Shown: positions 17,408-27,309, numbered from the stretch's first letter. The stretch is 64,000 nucleotides of DNA from Pseudomonadota bacterium (GCA_038534295.1 JBCAXA010000003.1:263926-327925); one strand, 5' to 3'. The notes: generated by a model not told the origin, from the sequence alone. Made by a program: numbers and translations.

Positions 17408-18100
17408 ATGTTCGCCATACTGTTCAGCGACAAGATGGATCCGTTCTATCAGAACATCGCGTCGTTCCCAACGGCGGTCTTCACGGTCCTCCTCGTGCTC
17501 AGCGTGTTCTTCTGGGCCGGTGCGGTACTTGGTTTTATCGATCTCGACTTTCTCGATTTCGATACCGACGTCGACCTTGACGTCGCCGACCTCAACGCCG
17601 ATTCGCCGCATACCGGCCCCGATGTGCTCGCCGGCTTGCTGCTTAGGCTCGGTCTGACCGGGGTGCCGGTAACGGTGAGCTTGTCGATCCTCATTCTGAT
17701 CGGCTGGTTCATCTGCTACTACGCCGTGTACTTGATCAATCCGATCGTGCCGGGGCGGTTTCTCGAGATCATCGTCGGTATTCCGATCCTCATCGGTTCG
17801 CTGTACCTCGCGGCGCTGATTACTGCGCAGCTCATCAAGCCGCTGCGGCCGTTGTTCGAGAAAGCGACCCAGGAGACCCATAAACAACTGTTGGGTCAGA
17901 CAGCCGTCGTGCGCACGTCGCGCGTCGACAAAGATTTTGGCGAAGCCACCGTCGATGACGGCGGCGCCGGCCTGATCCTCAAGGTCCGCGCTACCGGCGA
18001 CGACACGTTTCAGCGGGGCGATCGTGTCGTGCTCATCGAGCGCATCGACGAGGCCAGCACGTTCCGCGTGATTTCAGAAGACGAGTTCGTCGGTCAGTAG
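17408..18100 (+). CDS. YqiJ/NfeD-like inner-membrane protein (TM helices plus C-terminal beta-rich soluble domain).
   Basis: GAGGGAGG RBS. Three or four hydrophobic helices are followed by a C-terminal domain (VVRTSRVDKDFGEATVDDGGAGLILKVRATGDDTFQRGDRVVLIE) typical of NfeD OB-like tails. It sits immediately upstream of a flotillin gene, as in yqiJK. Confidence 0.55.
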   Translation: MFAILFSDKMDPFYQNIASFPTAVFTVLLVLSVFFWAGAVLGFIDLDFLDFDTDVDLDVADLNADSPHTGPDVLAGLLLRLGLTGVPVTVSLSILILIGWFICYYAVYLINPIVPGRFLEIIVGIPILIGSLYLAALITAQLIKPLRPLFEKATQETHKQLLGQTAVVRTSRVDKDFGEATVDDGGAGLILKVRATGDDTFQRGDRVVLIERIDEASTFRVISEDEFVGQ

Positions 18101-18139
18101 GCCGACGAGCAACAGGAAACAACCTACTGGGAGTCAACT

Positions 18140-19999
18140 ATGGCGGATTTGTCCGTACTCATGCCCATCGTGGTCGGCGTCGGTGTAACGCTGCTGATCC
18201 TGCTGGGCCTCGCGGGGCTGTTCAAAGCGTTCTACGTGAAGGTCGAGCAAGGCACGGCGCTGATCGTCAATGACATGAGCTCCAAGCCGAAGGTGCATTT
18301 CACCGGTGCCCTCGTCTATCCGATCATCTACAAAAAGGAGCTGATGCGCATCTCGCTGATCACGCTCGAAGTGGATCGGCGCGGTAAAGACGGACTGATC
18401 TGTCGCGACAACATGCGCGCGGACATCACGGTCGCGTTCTACCTCCGGGTCAACGAAACGGCCGAAGACGTTCTAAAGGTCGCCAAATCCATTGGCGCGA
18501 ACCGCGCGTCGGACAAGATTGCGGTCGATCAGTTGTTCTCCGCAAAATTTTCCGAAGCGCTGAAAACCGTCGGTAAGCAAATCGAGTTCGTGCAGCTGTT
18601 CGAGAATCGCCAAGAGTTTCGGGAGAAGATCATCGAGGTCATCGGCGACGACCTGAACGGTTATGTCCTCGAGGACGTTGCTATCGATTACCTCGAGCAG
18701 ACGCCGAAGGGAGCCTTGGATGCATCGAACATCCTCGACGCCGAAGGCATCAAGAAGATCACCGAGCTCACGGCGGCACAGAACGTTCGAACCAACGAAC
18801 TCGAGCGCGACGAGCAGCTGGCGATCAAAAAGAAAGACGTAACTACCGTCGAGGCCATGCTGGAACTCGAACGCCAGCAGGCCGACGCCGAAGCGCGTCA
18901 GCAGCGCGAGATTCTGTCGATTCAGGCACGCGAGGAAGCAGAAACTCGCAAGGTGCAGGAAGAAGAGCGCCGCCGCGCCGAACAGACCCACATCCAGGTC
19001 GTTCAGGACCTGTCGGTGCAGACCGAGAATCAGAAGCGCGAGGTCGAAGTCGCTGAGCAAAATCGTCAGCGGGCGGTCGCCATCGAGCAGGAGAAAGTGG
19101 TTCGGGCGCGGGATCTCGAGGTCGTCGCTCGCGAGCGCGAAGTGGCGGTCGAAAGCGTTCTTGCCGAGAAAGCGGTCGAGGTCGAAAAGAAAGAAATCGC
19201 CAATGTCATTCGCGAACGCGTTGCGGTCGACAAGACCGTTGCGGTCGAAGAGGAACGCATCAAAGAGGTACGCGAAGTCTCCGAAGCAGACCGGCTGAAG
19301 CAAACAGCCGTTCTTGCGGCCGAAGCCACCGCCGAAGAAGAGCGCATCAAAGAAGTCGTCGCCGCAAAAGCGACGGAGACGGCGGCGAACCACAAAGCCA
19401 AGGAAATCACGACACTGGCCGAAGCGCGGCTTGCGGCGGCCGGCAAAGACTCAGAGGCGAAGAAAGTGCTTGCCGAAGGTGTGCAGGCCGAAGAGGCGGC
19501 CCCAGGGCTTGCCAAGGCAGATATCGTCCGTGCCACCGGTACGGCCGAAGCCGAAGTCATCAAAGAGACCGGTACCGCCGAAGCTTCGGCTAAGACCGAA
19601 GTGGGCATGGCCAACGCCGCGATCACCAAGGCGCAGTTCCAGGCCGAAGCCGATGGTCTTACCGACAAGTTTGCAGCCATGGCCGGCATGAGTGGCGAGA
19701 CTCGCGAGCACGAGGAATTTCGCATGGCGCTCGAAACCGCCTTCAAGGAAGCCCTGGCATCGATTGAGGCCGGTAAGGAAATTGCCAAGGAGAACGCCGA
19801 GATCCTGTCCATTGCGCTCGAGAAAGCGCACATCGACATCGTCGGCGGTGAGGAGCACTTCTTCGACAACTTCGCCAAGTCGCTGTCGATCGGCAAAGCG
19901 GTCGACGGTCTCGCCGACAAATCCAGCGTGGTCAAAGCCTTGCTCGCCAAGGTGGCCACGTCCGGTGACAACGGCGCCGGTACAACGTCCAAATCGTAA
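18140..19999 (+). CDS. Flotillin-family SPFH protein (YqiK/FloT-like) with a long E/A/R/K-rich coiled-coil.
   Basis: N-terminal TM, then an SPFH core (GTALIVNDMSSKPKVHFTGALVYPIIYKKELMRISLITLEVDRRGKDGLICRDNMRADITVAFYLRV). An extensive EA-repeat coiled-coil follows. Confidence 0.8.
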   Translation: MADLSVLMPIVVGVGVTLLILLGLAGLFKAFYVKVEQGTALIVNDMSSKPKVHFTGALVYPIIYKKELMRISLITLEVDRRGKDGLICRDNMRADITVAFYLRVNETAEDVLKVAKSIGANRASDKIAVDQLFSAKFSEALKTVGKQIEFVQLFENRQEFREKIIEVIGDDLNGYVLEDVAIDYLEQTPKGALDASNILDAEGIKKITELTAAQNVRTNELERDEQLAIKKKDVTTVEAMLELERQQADAEARQQREILSIQAREEAETRKVQEEERRRAEQTHIQVVQDLSVQTENQKREVEVAEQNRQRAVAIEQEKVVRARDLEVVAREREVAVESVLAEKAVEVEKKEIANVIRERVAVDKTVAVEEERIKEVREVSEADRLKQTAVLAAEATAEEERIKEVVAAKATETAANHKAKEITTLAEARLAAAGKDSEAKKVLAEGVQAEEAAPGLAKADIVRATGTAEAEVIKETGTAEASAKTEVGMANAAITKAQFQAEADGLTDKFAAMAGMSGETREHEEFRMALETAFKEALASIEAGKEIAKENAEILSIALEKAHIDIVGGEEHFFDNFAKSLSIGKAVDGLADKSSVVKALLAKVATSGDNGAGTTSKS

Positions 20000-20007
20000 G
20001 ACCTGTC

Positions 20008-20028
20008 CGGCCGCCCGTCGGGGCGGCC
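20008..20028 (+). terminator. Intergenic GC hairpin (GGCCGCCC-GTCG-GGGCGGCC) followed by TCCTTTC; possible partial terminator/attenuator between the flotillin gene and the giant ATPase gene.
   Basis: An 8-bp perfect stem read directly; the downstream T-tract is weak. Confidence 0.35.
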
Positions 20029-20058
20029 GTCCTTTCACCGCAACGGGAGCGATGACGC

Positions 20059-23000
20059 GTGGAAAAAGGCGCCAAACCGACCAATCTCGTCGAACAAGCC
20101 GTCGCCGAAGGCGGTGCGTACGAGGTCATTCAGCAGCGACTGGTAACGCAGGGCGGCGAGCTCGATGCACTGGCGCAGCGTCTGAACGAAGGTCGGGCCA
20201 ACGAGTTCGGTTCGACCGAAATGGCGCTGGCCGCACGCTCGCGCGTGCGTACCGAAAACAACTGCGTCGGCCGGGACATCGTTCAAGTCGGCGAGCTTTT
20301 GGTCTTCGGCTACAACGTCTTCATTGGCCTCAAGACCACGACGAGCATCGAAGATGTCTTCGCGCTTTATCGACTGCAGCGCGAAGACGACAGCTACTCG
20401 ATGTCGCCGGTACCGCTGGAAGGCTCGTTCCTTACCGATGCCCGCTTTCGGCACGACTTCGACGAGCTGTATCGATACTACAAAGAAACACGGTTGATAC
20501 AGCTGGTCCACAAAGGCGGCAAACTGCTTGCGAGTTTTCAGATCGGCGAGCGGCTCGAGGACACCCGCGTATTTCGCTGGGAAGTGTCGCCGGACGGCAA
20601 GCAGCTGACATACATCGACAACCGCGGTGAGCGCGACATCGAACTGCCGCACCCTTACGACTTCGAGTGGCAGCCAACGACCCGCGACGACATCGTGCAC
20701 GGTCGTTTCCCACACATCAACGTTCGCAATCGCGTCTTCATCGAGATTGCCGAAGGCGAGCTGGCGATCAAGCTCGAAGACAACACCGAGGGCGGTCAGG
20801 GCGTACACAGCGAAGCTGTCGATGAGCCGCATCAATCCCTGGATGACTGCGAGGTCGACTACGCCGAGGTTGGCGAGCTGCTGTTGTTTCGCGTGCTGCC
20901 CTACAAAGAAGAAGACCGGCGCTATTACGTCTTCAACGCGTTTACGTCGTCGGTGACGCGCATCGACGCCATTGGCGATTCGTGCATCCAATTGCCAGAA
21001 GACCATGGTTTGATCTTCCCCGGCGGCTACTACCTCGCAACCGGTGAAACGCGCTCATTTAACGATCAAGAGTCCGACGGTTTGAAGTTCAAGCGAAGCT
21101 TTCGCTCGCCGAACGGCGAAGACGTGCTGTACGTCTTCTATGAGCCCAGCGAAGGCATTGTCGCGCTGCTGTCGTACAACTTGATTTCCAAGTCGCTGCA
21201 GAACCCCATCTTCGGCCACGGCTATGCGCTGGCCCAGGACGGCACGATCATTGTCTTTAACGCCGATCACGAGGCGACCCGGATCCACCCGATGCAGATC
21301 TGGATAACGCCATTCGTATCGGATGAGTTCGCGAGCAAGCAGCCGGTCGGAGAGTCGTTTTTCTCCCGCATCGGTAACGCCGAGTTGGTGCGGGGCGTCT
21401 CCGACGTCTTTAGCATTACCCAGCTCATTCGCGAGTCTGAAGCCAGCGTCGCGCATTACGAAGCGCTGCGTCGATCGGCGACGAGGCTGTTCGACAGTCA
21501 TTTCTGGATCGATGATCCGGACGCCTTCGGGATCGGCACGGCTGTGCGCGAGATTACCGCTACCGTTGAGCTCGTCATCGACGAGTTCGAGAAAGTCGAG
21601 GCCATCAAGCGCCAGTCCGACGCTGCTTTGCGCGAGGCTGAGGACACGCAGCAGAACATCGAAGCCACGACGCAGTCCGGCGCTTGGAACAGTGTCGACG
21701 AGTTTGTCGATGCGCTCGATCGGATCCGGCGCCAGCGCGGTCATCTGCAAACGATTCGCGAGTATCGATACATCGATGTCGATCGGATAGACGCGATGGA
21801 CGAAGCGCTCATCGAGCGTAGTGAAGAACTCGCCGGCAAGACGGCCGAGTTTCTTGCCGAAGAAGACGCCTTACAGCCGTATCGCGACCAAATCGTCACG
21901 GTTGCCGACGGCCTCGAAGCGCTCGAAACCGTGGCCGCCATCGAGCCACAGCTCGAAGCGCTCGATAAGGTGGCGGCCGGTCTCGACCTGTTGTCCGAGC
22001 TGATCGCGAGCTTGAAAATCGCCGATGCGAGCGTGCAAACGGCGATCGTCGACTCGATCTCGCAGGTCTACGGCAGCCTCAATCAGACGCGAGCCCGCGT
22101 TCGCCAGCGACGCGAGACCCTTGGTGCGAGCGAGTCCGTGGCGCAGTTCGGCGCACAGTTCAAACTGTTCGGGCAAAGCGTCGTCAACGCACTCAGCCTC
22201 GCCACCTCGCCGGAGCGTTGCGAAGATCAGCTGTCGCGATTGCTCGTGCAGCTCGAAGAATTGGAAAGCCAGTTCAGCGACTCCGAAGCGTTCCTCGCCG
22301 ACATCATGCAAAAGCGCGAGGAGGTCTACGAGACGTTCGAGGCGCACAAGCAACGCTTGCTCGACCAGCGCCAGGCGCGCGCACAGACCATGGCCGATGC
22401 GGTCTCGCGCATGTTGGCTAATGTTGAACGGCGCACCAAGCGCTTCCAGTCCCAGGACGAGCTCAACACGTACCTAGCGTCCGATCCGCTGGTCGTCAAA
22501 ATTCGCGACCTAATTGCCGATCTGCGGGAACTCGATAGTGCCGTCAAAGCCGACGACGCCGAAGCACGCTTGACAATGTTGCGCGATCAGGCGGTTCGGT
22601 CCCTGCGCGACAAGACCGAGCTGTACGCCGACGACGGTCGGGTTATCCGACTCGGGTCACGACACCGCTTTTCCGTCAATCGCGAAGACCTCGATCTCAC
22701 GATCATCCCGCGCGATGACGAGCTGTATCTGCATCTGATCGGTACGCAATTTTTCGAGCGTATCGACGACGCCGAACTCAATGCGCTCAAGCCCTATTGG
22801 GTGTTGAGCGGCGAGTCTGAGTCGGCTGACGTCTATCGCTCGGAGTATCTGGCGTTTCGGGTCATCGAAGCGGCCCGCAACGGCGACGACGGTCTCAGCT
22901 GGCCTGATCTCGTCGCCGCGTCGACGGACGAGGATGCGCTGCAAACGCTCTGCCGCAACGTCGCTACGCAACGTTACAAAGATGGCTACGAGAAAGGCGT

Positions 23001-25305
23001 TCACGACGCTGACGCCGCGCAGATGCTGCGTGTGCTCGTGCCCATGCTTGAAAAGGGCGATCTGCTGCGTTTCGGTCCTGAGTCTCGGGCACTCGCCCAG
23101 TTGTTCTGGGCCGCACGCGAAGACGGTGCCGAGGAGGCAGTAGCCCGACTGGCCGTGCTGCCGGCCGAAGCCAAAGCGGCGGCTGCCATGCAGGCCACGT
23201 TCGACGATCCGCGCGCGGCGACCCTAATTGAAGAAGAGCTCACCGAGCATCTGCGCGCGTTCGCTGCGACGAACGATGTCGACAGCGATGCGCTGACGAT
23301 CACCGATGCCGCGCGTTACCTCACCGCAGAGATTGCACGCGATGACATCAAGTTCGTTACCTCTGGACAGTCGCGGCAGTTGCTTCGCGATTTTCGTGCC
23401 GCCGTCACCGGCACAGCCGGCAAGCAGTTCAAGGCCGCGCTCGATAACTTGCAGGGTAATCCTGGCCGGCAGTATTCGCTCGCCTGCGCCGGGTTCTACG
23501 CCATGGTTGATACGAGCGAGGACCGGTCAATCCGGCACTATGTCCCGGAAGCCGCCGTCGAACTCGTCGTCGGTCGCGGGCTGGCCCGCCGCACGCTCAA
23601 AGTCGAGCCGCAGGCCACGGTCGATGGCCTGTTTGGTGAGCACGCACGCGTCGAAAACGGCACGCTGCAGATTCAGCTCGATGAGTTTCTGGGTCGCCTC
23701 GGGCACCACACCACGCAGGTCGTACCGGCCTACCAATCGTACCTGGCCGTACGCCAAGGCGTACTGGACGGCGCGCGCGATGAACTTCGCCTCGACGAGT
23801 TCAAACCGCGACCGCTGAGCTCTTTTGTGCGCAACAAGCTGATCAACGAAGCCTATCTGCCGTTGATTGGTGACAACCTCGCCAAGCAAATCGGCACGGC
23901 CGGCGATTCGAAGCGCTCTGATCTCAGCGGTCTGTTGATGATGATCTCGCCGCCGGGTTACGGCAAAACCACGTTGATGGAGTACGTCGCAAGCCGACTC
24001 GGCCTGACCTTCGTGAAAATCAACGGGCCGGCGCTTGGCCACCGCGTTGAGTCACTCGATCCGGAAACGGCGCCCGACTCGGCGGCAGCCAATGAGCTGA
24101 ACAAACTGAACCTTGCGCTCGAGATGGGCGACAACGTCATGCTGTACGTCGACGACATTCAGCACACCAACCCGGCTTTCCTGCAGAAGTTCATCTCGCT
24201 CTGTGATTCGACCCGGCGCATCGAGGGCGTTTGGAAAGGACGTACGCGAACGTACGATCTGCGTGGTCGCAAGTTTTGCGTCGTGATGGCCGGTAACCCA
24301 TACACCGAGTCGGGCGAGACTTTCCGCGTGCCCGACATGCTCGCCAACCGTGCCGATATCTACAATTTAGGCGACATCCTCAGTGGCAAGGAGGCGCAGT
24401 TCGAGCTGAGCTACATCGAGAACTCGTTGACCGCGAACCCCGTACTGGCGCCGTTGGCGACCCGTGATATCGCCGATGTCTACAAATTCATCGACATGGC
24501 CCGCGGGCGCACGGTGGCGACCACCGAGCTCAGCCACGCTTACAGCGCTGCCGAGGTCACCGAGATCACGCGGGTTCTCGAGCGCATGTTCCAGATTCAG
24601 GAAGTCATCCTGCTGGTCAACCGCCAGTACATCGCGTCCGCCGCGCAGGAAGACAAGTATCGTGTCGAGCCGCGCTTTCTGCTGCAGGGTAGCTATCGCA
24701 ACATGAACAAGCTGGCCGAGAAGATTTCGGCCGTCATGAACGATGCGGAGCTCAACGATCTCATCGACGATCACTACCGCGGTGAAGCGCAGCTGCTGAC
24801 GCAGGGCACCGAGGCCAACGTGCTGAAGCTCGCCGAGCTTCGCGGTGTTCTAACGGACGAGCAGCAAGTCCGCTGGGAGCAAATCAAGCAGGACTTCCTG
24901 CGTAACAAGTCGCTCGGTGGCGATAAGTCTGACGTCGGCACACGGATTTCGGCCCAGCTTGCCGATCTGGTCGACAACGTCGGCAGCCTCGGCGAGCAGC
25001 TGCAACCCAATGGCGTGCTCACCGAGCTGCGGGCGCAAAGCGCCAAGTCATCGGAAACGCTGGGCGCCGCACTCGACGCGCTGCGTGAGTCCATTGCCGA
25101 GCAGAAGACCACCGTCAACGTCACAAGCAAGCCATCGAAGGAATTCGGTGCCGTGCTGGAGACGTTAAACGAAACGATCCAGCACACGCTCTTTCCGCTA
25201 GTGCGCAGCATGGACAAGCGCATCGCGCAGGACCTCGAGGCGCACGAGAAGCTGGAGCAGTTGGCGAACGATGTTGCATCACTGAAGAATAGAATCAGCG
25301 GGTGA
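20059..25305 (+). CDS. Giant multidomain protein (1748 aa) with N-terminal region, long central coiled-coils, and a C-terminal MoxR/dynein-class (AAA_5-like) AAA+ ATPase domain.
   Basis: GTG start with a GGGAG RBS. Walker A LMMISPPGYGKTTL, Walker B-like VMLYVDDIQH, and sensor region VVMAGNPYTESGETFRVPDMLANRADIY (NP..E..G...P.A..R pattern of MoxR-like AAA). Coiled-coil segments about residues 560-760 and a C-terminal tail. Confidence 0.6.
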   Translation: MEKGAKPTNLVEQAVAEGGAYEVIQQRLVTQGGELDALAQRLNEGRANEFGSTEMALAARSRVRTENNCVGRDIVQVGELLVFGYNVFIGLKTTTSIEDVFALYRLQREDDSYSMSPVPLEGSFLTDARFRHDFDELYRYYKETRLIQLVHKGGKLLASFQIGERLEDTRVFRWEVSPDGKQLTYIDNRGERDIELPHPYDFEWQPTTRDDIVHGRFPHINVRNRVFIEIAEGELAIKLEDNTEGGQGVHSEAVDEPHQSLDDCEVDYAEVGELLLFRVLPYKEEDRRYYVFNAFTSSVTRIDAIGDSCIQLPEDHGLIFPGGYYLATGETRSFNDQESDGLKFKRSFRSPNGEDVLYVFYEPSEGIVALLSYNLISKSLQNPIFGHGYALAQDGTIIVFNADHEATRIHPMQIWITPFVSDEFASKQPVGESFFSRIGNAELVRGVSDVFSITQLIRESEASVAHYEALRRSATRLFDSHFWIDDPDAFGIGTAVREITATVELVIDEFEKVEAIKRQSDAALREAEDTQQNIEATTQSGAWNSVDEFVDALDRIRRQRGHLQTIREYRYIDVDRIDAMDEALIERSEELAGKTAEFLAEEDALQPYRDQIVTVADGLEALETVAAIEPQLEALDKVAAGLDLLSELIASLKIADASVQTAIVDSISQVYGSLNQTRARVRQRRETLGASESVAQFGAQFKLFGQSVVNALSLATSPERCEDQLSRLLVQLEELESQFSDSEAFLADIMQKREEVYETFEAHKQRLLDQRQARAQTMADAVSRMLANVERRTKRFQSQDELNTYLASDPLVVKIRDLIADLRELDSAVKADDAEARLTMLRDQAVRSLRDKTELYADDGRVIRLGSRHRFSVNREDLDLTIIPRDDELYLHLIGTQFFERIDDAELNALKPYWVLSGESESADVYRSEYLAFRVIEAARNGDDGLSWPDLVAASTDEDALQTLCRNVATQRYKDGYEKGVHDADAAQMLRVLVPMLEKGDLLRFGPESRALAQLFWAAREDGAEEAVARLAVLPAEAKAAAAMQATFDDPRAATLIEEELTEHLRAFAATNDVDSDALTITDAARYLTAEIARDDIKFVTSGQSRQLLRDFRAAVTGTAGKQFKAALDNLQGNPGRQYSLACAGFYAMVDTSEDRSIRHYVPEAAVELVVGRGLARRTLKVEPQATVDGLFGEHARVENGTLQIQLDEFLGRLGHHTTQVVPAYQSYLAVRQGVLDGARDELRLDEFKPRPLSSFVRNKLINEAYLPLIGDNLAKQIGTAGDSKRSDLSGLLMMISPPGYGKTTLMEYVASRLGLTFVKINGPALGHRVESLDPETAPDSAAANELNKLNLALEMGDNVMLYVDDIQHTNPAFLQKFISLCDSTRRIEGVWKGRTRTYDLRGRKFCVVMAGNPYTESGETFRVPDMLANRADIYNLGDILSGKEAQFELSYIENSLTANPVLAPLATRDIADVYKFIDMARGRTVATTELSHAYSAAEVTEITRVLERMFQIQEVILLVNRQYIASAAQEDKYRVEPRFLLQGSYRNMNKLAEKISAVMNDAELNDLIDDHYRGEAQLLTQGTEANVLKLAELRGVLTDEQQVRWEQIKQDFLRNKSLGGDKSDVGTRISAQLADLVDNVGSLGEQLQPNGVLTELRAQSAKSSETLGAALDALRESIAEQKTTVNVTSKPSKEFGAVLETLNETIQHTLFPLVRSMDKRIAQDLEAHEKLEQLANDVASLKNRISG

Positions 25306-25341
25306 CTTTTGTCTCATCGAACATGACAAAGATTCGGTGAT

Positions 25342-26484
25342 ATGGATCGTCGCCTCGTGCTCATCATCGTTTTCGTGACCTGCGCTCTGATCATCCTGTT
25401 GGCAAGCCCGTTCGGCCAAGGGTCATTGCCTTACGATTTATCGGCAGACAATCCGAGCAATGCCGGTGTCGAGGTTGCAGGCGCCGAGGTGAACACGACG
25501 GGAACACTTGAGACTCGCCAAGCCGACATACGTATCGCGTTGGAAAAAAGCTGCGCGAATTTCACCAGCAGCGATTCACCGGTGATCGAGCTACCAACGG
25601 ATGTTTACGAGGGTGTCGACGACCCTGAAGCTTGGTTTCGCGAGCTTGTAAGCAAAATGTCGGTGTCGTCAGAACCCGAGCACCTGTATTTCGCCGCCTT
25701 GATTGAGGACGATCCATCGTCGCGCCTGCAACTGCTCAAGCGTGCCATCCAGGGTAATCCGAACGACGCCTTGGTTGTCTGGGGCGCCGTACAAGCTTGC
25801 TCGGAATTCGACGCTTCGCCAACGTGCCCATTATCGGAATGGGAGCCAATGTTGATCGCTGTTGACGGTCAGAACAGCGAGACTTGGATCCGCATCGCCG
25901 CAAACCGTTATGGCTCGGGCGAGTTGGATGCCGCTCTGTCCGCCTTACGGCGAGCTGGCAGCGTCGCTAAGTCCAATGACTATTGGCCGGAAATGATCGA
26001 AATGATCGAACGGGGTCTCGCGGCAAGCACCGATCGGTCATTTTCATGGCGTGCCGGCATGGCTTTCGGTCTTGCCGCAGCCAATCTTCCACGTGTCGGC
26101 GACTACACGCGGATGTGTCGAGACCAATCGCAGCTAAGCGCCGAATGGGCGTATGCGTGCGTTGACTACGGCAAACGAGCCGAAGAACACGGTAAATCAA
26201 TGATGACCGTCGATATCGGACAAGCAATTCAGAAATATGCCCTCCAAGCGCTTGGTGAGTCAGCGTTAGCAGCGGAAGTGGAGAGACGAAGCCGCGCGCG
26301 CAGCCAGCAAGCAAGCGACGCGGTGAGCGACGGCAATGAGCTGCTGATCATTGCGACACCGGCGTTGTTTCACGCCTATTTGGACGCCGTCCGATTGCAT
26401 GGCGAGACCTCGGCGCGGCTTCGTTTCAACGCAGAGATTGCACAGACGCTAAGAGACGGTGAGCTGAAAAACTGCAACGAGTGA
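25342..26484 (+). CDS. Secreted/membrane-anchored hypothetical protein (380 aa).
   Basis: N-terminal hydrophobic signal/anchor (LVLIIVFVTCALIILLASP); the rest is unknown. It follows the giant gene by 37 nt. Confidence 0.4.
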   Translation: MDRRLVLIIVFVTCALIILLASPFGQGSLPYDLSADNPSNAGVEVAGAEVNTTGTLETRQADIRIALEKSCANFTSSDSPVIELPTDVYEGVDDPEAWFRELVSKMSVSSEPEHLYFAALIEDDPSSRLQLLKRAIQGNPNDALVVWGAVQACSEFDASPTCPLSEWEPMLIAVDGQNSETWIRIAANRYGSGELDAALSALRRAGSVAKSNDYWPEMIEMIERGLAASTDRSFSWRAGMAFGLAAANLPRVGDYTRMCRDQSQLSAEWAYACVDYGKRAEEHGKSMMTVDIGQAIQKYALQALGESALAAEVERRSRARSQQASDAVSDGNELLIIATPALFHAYLDAVRLHGETSARLRFNAEIAQTLRDGELKNCNE

Positions 26485-26577
26485 TCGAACCGTCCGGCCA
26501 TAGACAGATTCTCGTAACAGCCGTCTTCAGGGCAGCCAAAGTCCACTGACCGTCAATTGCCACGAGCAAAGGATCAA

Positions 26578-26916
26578 ATGGAATACATAATCGTAATAGC
26601 AATACTCATCGCCGTACTGGTCGTGCCGGTCATGATCGCCGCGCGAATGCTCGGCGCTCAAAACACTGGCTTCGGGTCCGCATTGCTCGCCGTTGTTGTC
26701 ATGGTGATTGTTTCTAAGGGCTTAGAGACCGCTGTGAGCCAGAACATTATTGGTTTGATTATCTCGGCTGCTATCGGTGCGTTCATTTACGCTGGCGTTC
26801 TGGGCACAACTTTTTGGCGTGGATTGGGTATCAGCATTATTTCAACGCTGATTCAGGTGTTTACTCTAATCGTCTTCGTCAGCGTGCTTGTGAGCAGCGG
26901 CGTTGATCTTGGCTAG
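26578..26916 (+). CDS. Small integral membrane protein (about 112 aa, three predicted TM helices).
   Basis: AAGGA RBS before the ATG at 26578; almost entirely hydrophobic. Confidence 0.4.
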   Translation: MEYIIVIAILIAVLVVPVMIAARMLGAQNTGFGSALLAVVVMVIVSKGLETAVSQNIIGLIISAAIGAFIYAGVLGTTFWRGLGISIISTLIQVFTLIVFVSVLVSSGVDLG

Positions 26917-26925
26917 GTGGAGAAT

Positions 26926-27309
26926 TCAAATCTTGCGCAGGCGGCCATTCCTGCGATGTCTTGTCGTCACCTGACGGTGCCTCAACAACAGATAAACCGC
27001 GAAGCCGACGGCGACCCCAGGCACCACACCCAGCAACACGCAAATCCAACCGTGCTTTACGTCATAGGCCTTCGCTTCGAACGCTACCCACGCGACCAAG
27101 ATCGCCCAACTGATGATGACATCGGTTGAGTATCCGCTGGCGTAGGGATTGACGAAACCGGCCGCGAACGCAGCAACGACGTCCGGTTTGTCAATGAGAA
27201 GCGGAACAAGGGTTACCGCAAAGAAACTCGTGAACGCAGACGCCGCAACGACGAGGCTAACCTTGAATGCATTCTCTGCAATGCCTGAGTTCCGCGAGCG
27301 TTGCTTCAT
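26926..27309 (-). CDS. Small membrane protein (127 aa), convergent with the previous gene.
   Basis: ORF with three or four hydrophobic helices; its start overlaps the stop of the SDR gene. Confidence 0.35.
   Translation of the reverse strand: MKQRSRNSGIAENAFKVSLVVAASAFTSFFAVTLVPLLIDKPDVVAAFAAGFVNPYASGYSTDVIISWAILVAWVAFEAKAYDVKHGWICVLLGVVPGVAVGFAVYLLLRHRQVTTRHRRNGRLRKI

Noticed and set aside
18473-19992. Long minus-strand ORFs (306 aa and 308 aa) inside the flotillin gene.
   Set aside because: They are antisense to the flotillin coiled-coil region. Their low-complexity S/A/R-rich translations are typical of antisense reading of GAG/GCC-rich coding DNA.
25306-25336. Imperfect inverted repeat (TTTGTCTCAT...ATGACAAA) after the giant gene as a terminator.
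   Set aside because: The stem is bulged and AT-rich, and the downstream gene is only 37 nt away in the same operon. It is too weak to call.
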